DNA of 64,000 bases, taken from assembly GCA_977017645.1 (NCBI GenBank), contig OZ360220.1, positions 175,398,001-175,462,000 on the forward strand, given 5' to 3'. Shown here piece by piece: positions 63,564 through 64,000 of the stretch. The notes beneath the pieces are model-generated. The model had not been told where the DNA came from, did not search any database, and saw only the letters and a list, made by a program, of their open reading frames with translations. The DNA comes from Torpedo marmorata (taxonomy: Eukaryota). Every line of letters starts with the position of its first letter. Position 1 is the first letter of the stretch. The position numbers were made by a program, and so were the translations under genes.

Positions 63564-64000
63564 TTTAATAGGAAGGGTAAATTGTATTAAAATGAATGTT
63601 TTTCCAAGAATTCAATATCTTTTTCAATCAATTCCTTATGAAATTCCTCAAAAATTCTTCAAAGATTTAAATTTAATTATTAGGAAATTTTTGTGGAAGA
63701 AAAGTTGGCCAGAGTAGGTATGGAGAAATTAATTTGGGATTACGAAATGGGAGGTTTACAACTTCCCAATTTTCAAAATTATTATAAAGCAGCCCAATTA
63801 AAATTTATTAATGAAATGTTTGATTTAGGAAAATCTTCTGCTTGGATTAGAATAGAATTAAATAATATAGGAGAGGATTTGAAAGAAGAAGTTATTTATA
63901 AATGTAATTCTAAATTATTATTAAGGAAAGGTAATAATTCTCCTATTTTAAAACATCTGTTAGAAATATGGTATAAAATGGATAGGGAGATAGGAGGGAA
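63564..64000 (+). mobile_element. L1 ORF2 post-RT segment, runs off the window
   Basis: LIGRVNCIKMNVFPRIQYLFQSIP..EMGGLQLPNFQNYYKAAQL. Confidence 0.9.

Larger units (their letters stand above)
59012..63566 (-). mobile_element. L1 segment (ORF1 C-terminal half, intergenic region, endonuclease, RT), with deletions and two nested insertions
   Basis: ORF1 LELDRAHR..YADLS..YPATL (63093..63449); endonuclease FLQETHLT, GGDFN; RT DAEKAFD, RQGCPLSP, LFADD (58997..59446). Confidence 0.9.

Overview
Eukaryotic, vertebrate-type non-coding DNA made almost entirely of nested transposable elements. The repeat set (CR1, Rex1/Babar, L1, Penelope-like, tRNA-derived V-SINE-like) suggests a cartilaginous fish; that is inference. 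No intact host gene is recognisable. Elements that can be delimited by TSDs or TIRs include: at least nine L1 copies or segments, several CR1 and Rex1 LINEs, Penelope-like (GIY-YIG) fragments, a full-length but disrupted CsRn1-type Gypsy element (323-bp LTRs, tRNA-Trp PBS), an 850-bp solo LTR, pogo/Tigger-type MITEs, a Tigger deletion derivative and a hAT MITE. The most notable observations are: (1) a pogo-type MITE copy carrying what looks like a captured 5' fragment of dmrt1 exon 1 (ATG to the first half of the DM domain, LPKCARCRNYGYVS); (2) about nine minimal hammerhead-ribozyme-like motifs in Penelope terminal repeats, one mobilised alone with a 13-bp TSD; (3) a four-level nested insertion; (4) two L1 structures that fit twin priming; (5) clustered L1 5'-truncation points. 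All coordinates were read by eye, and no alignments or database searches were run.
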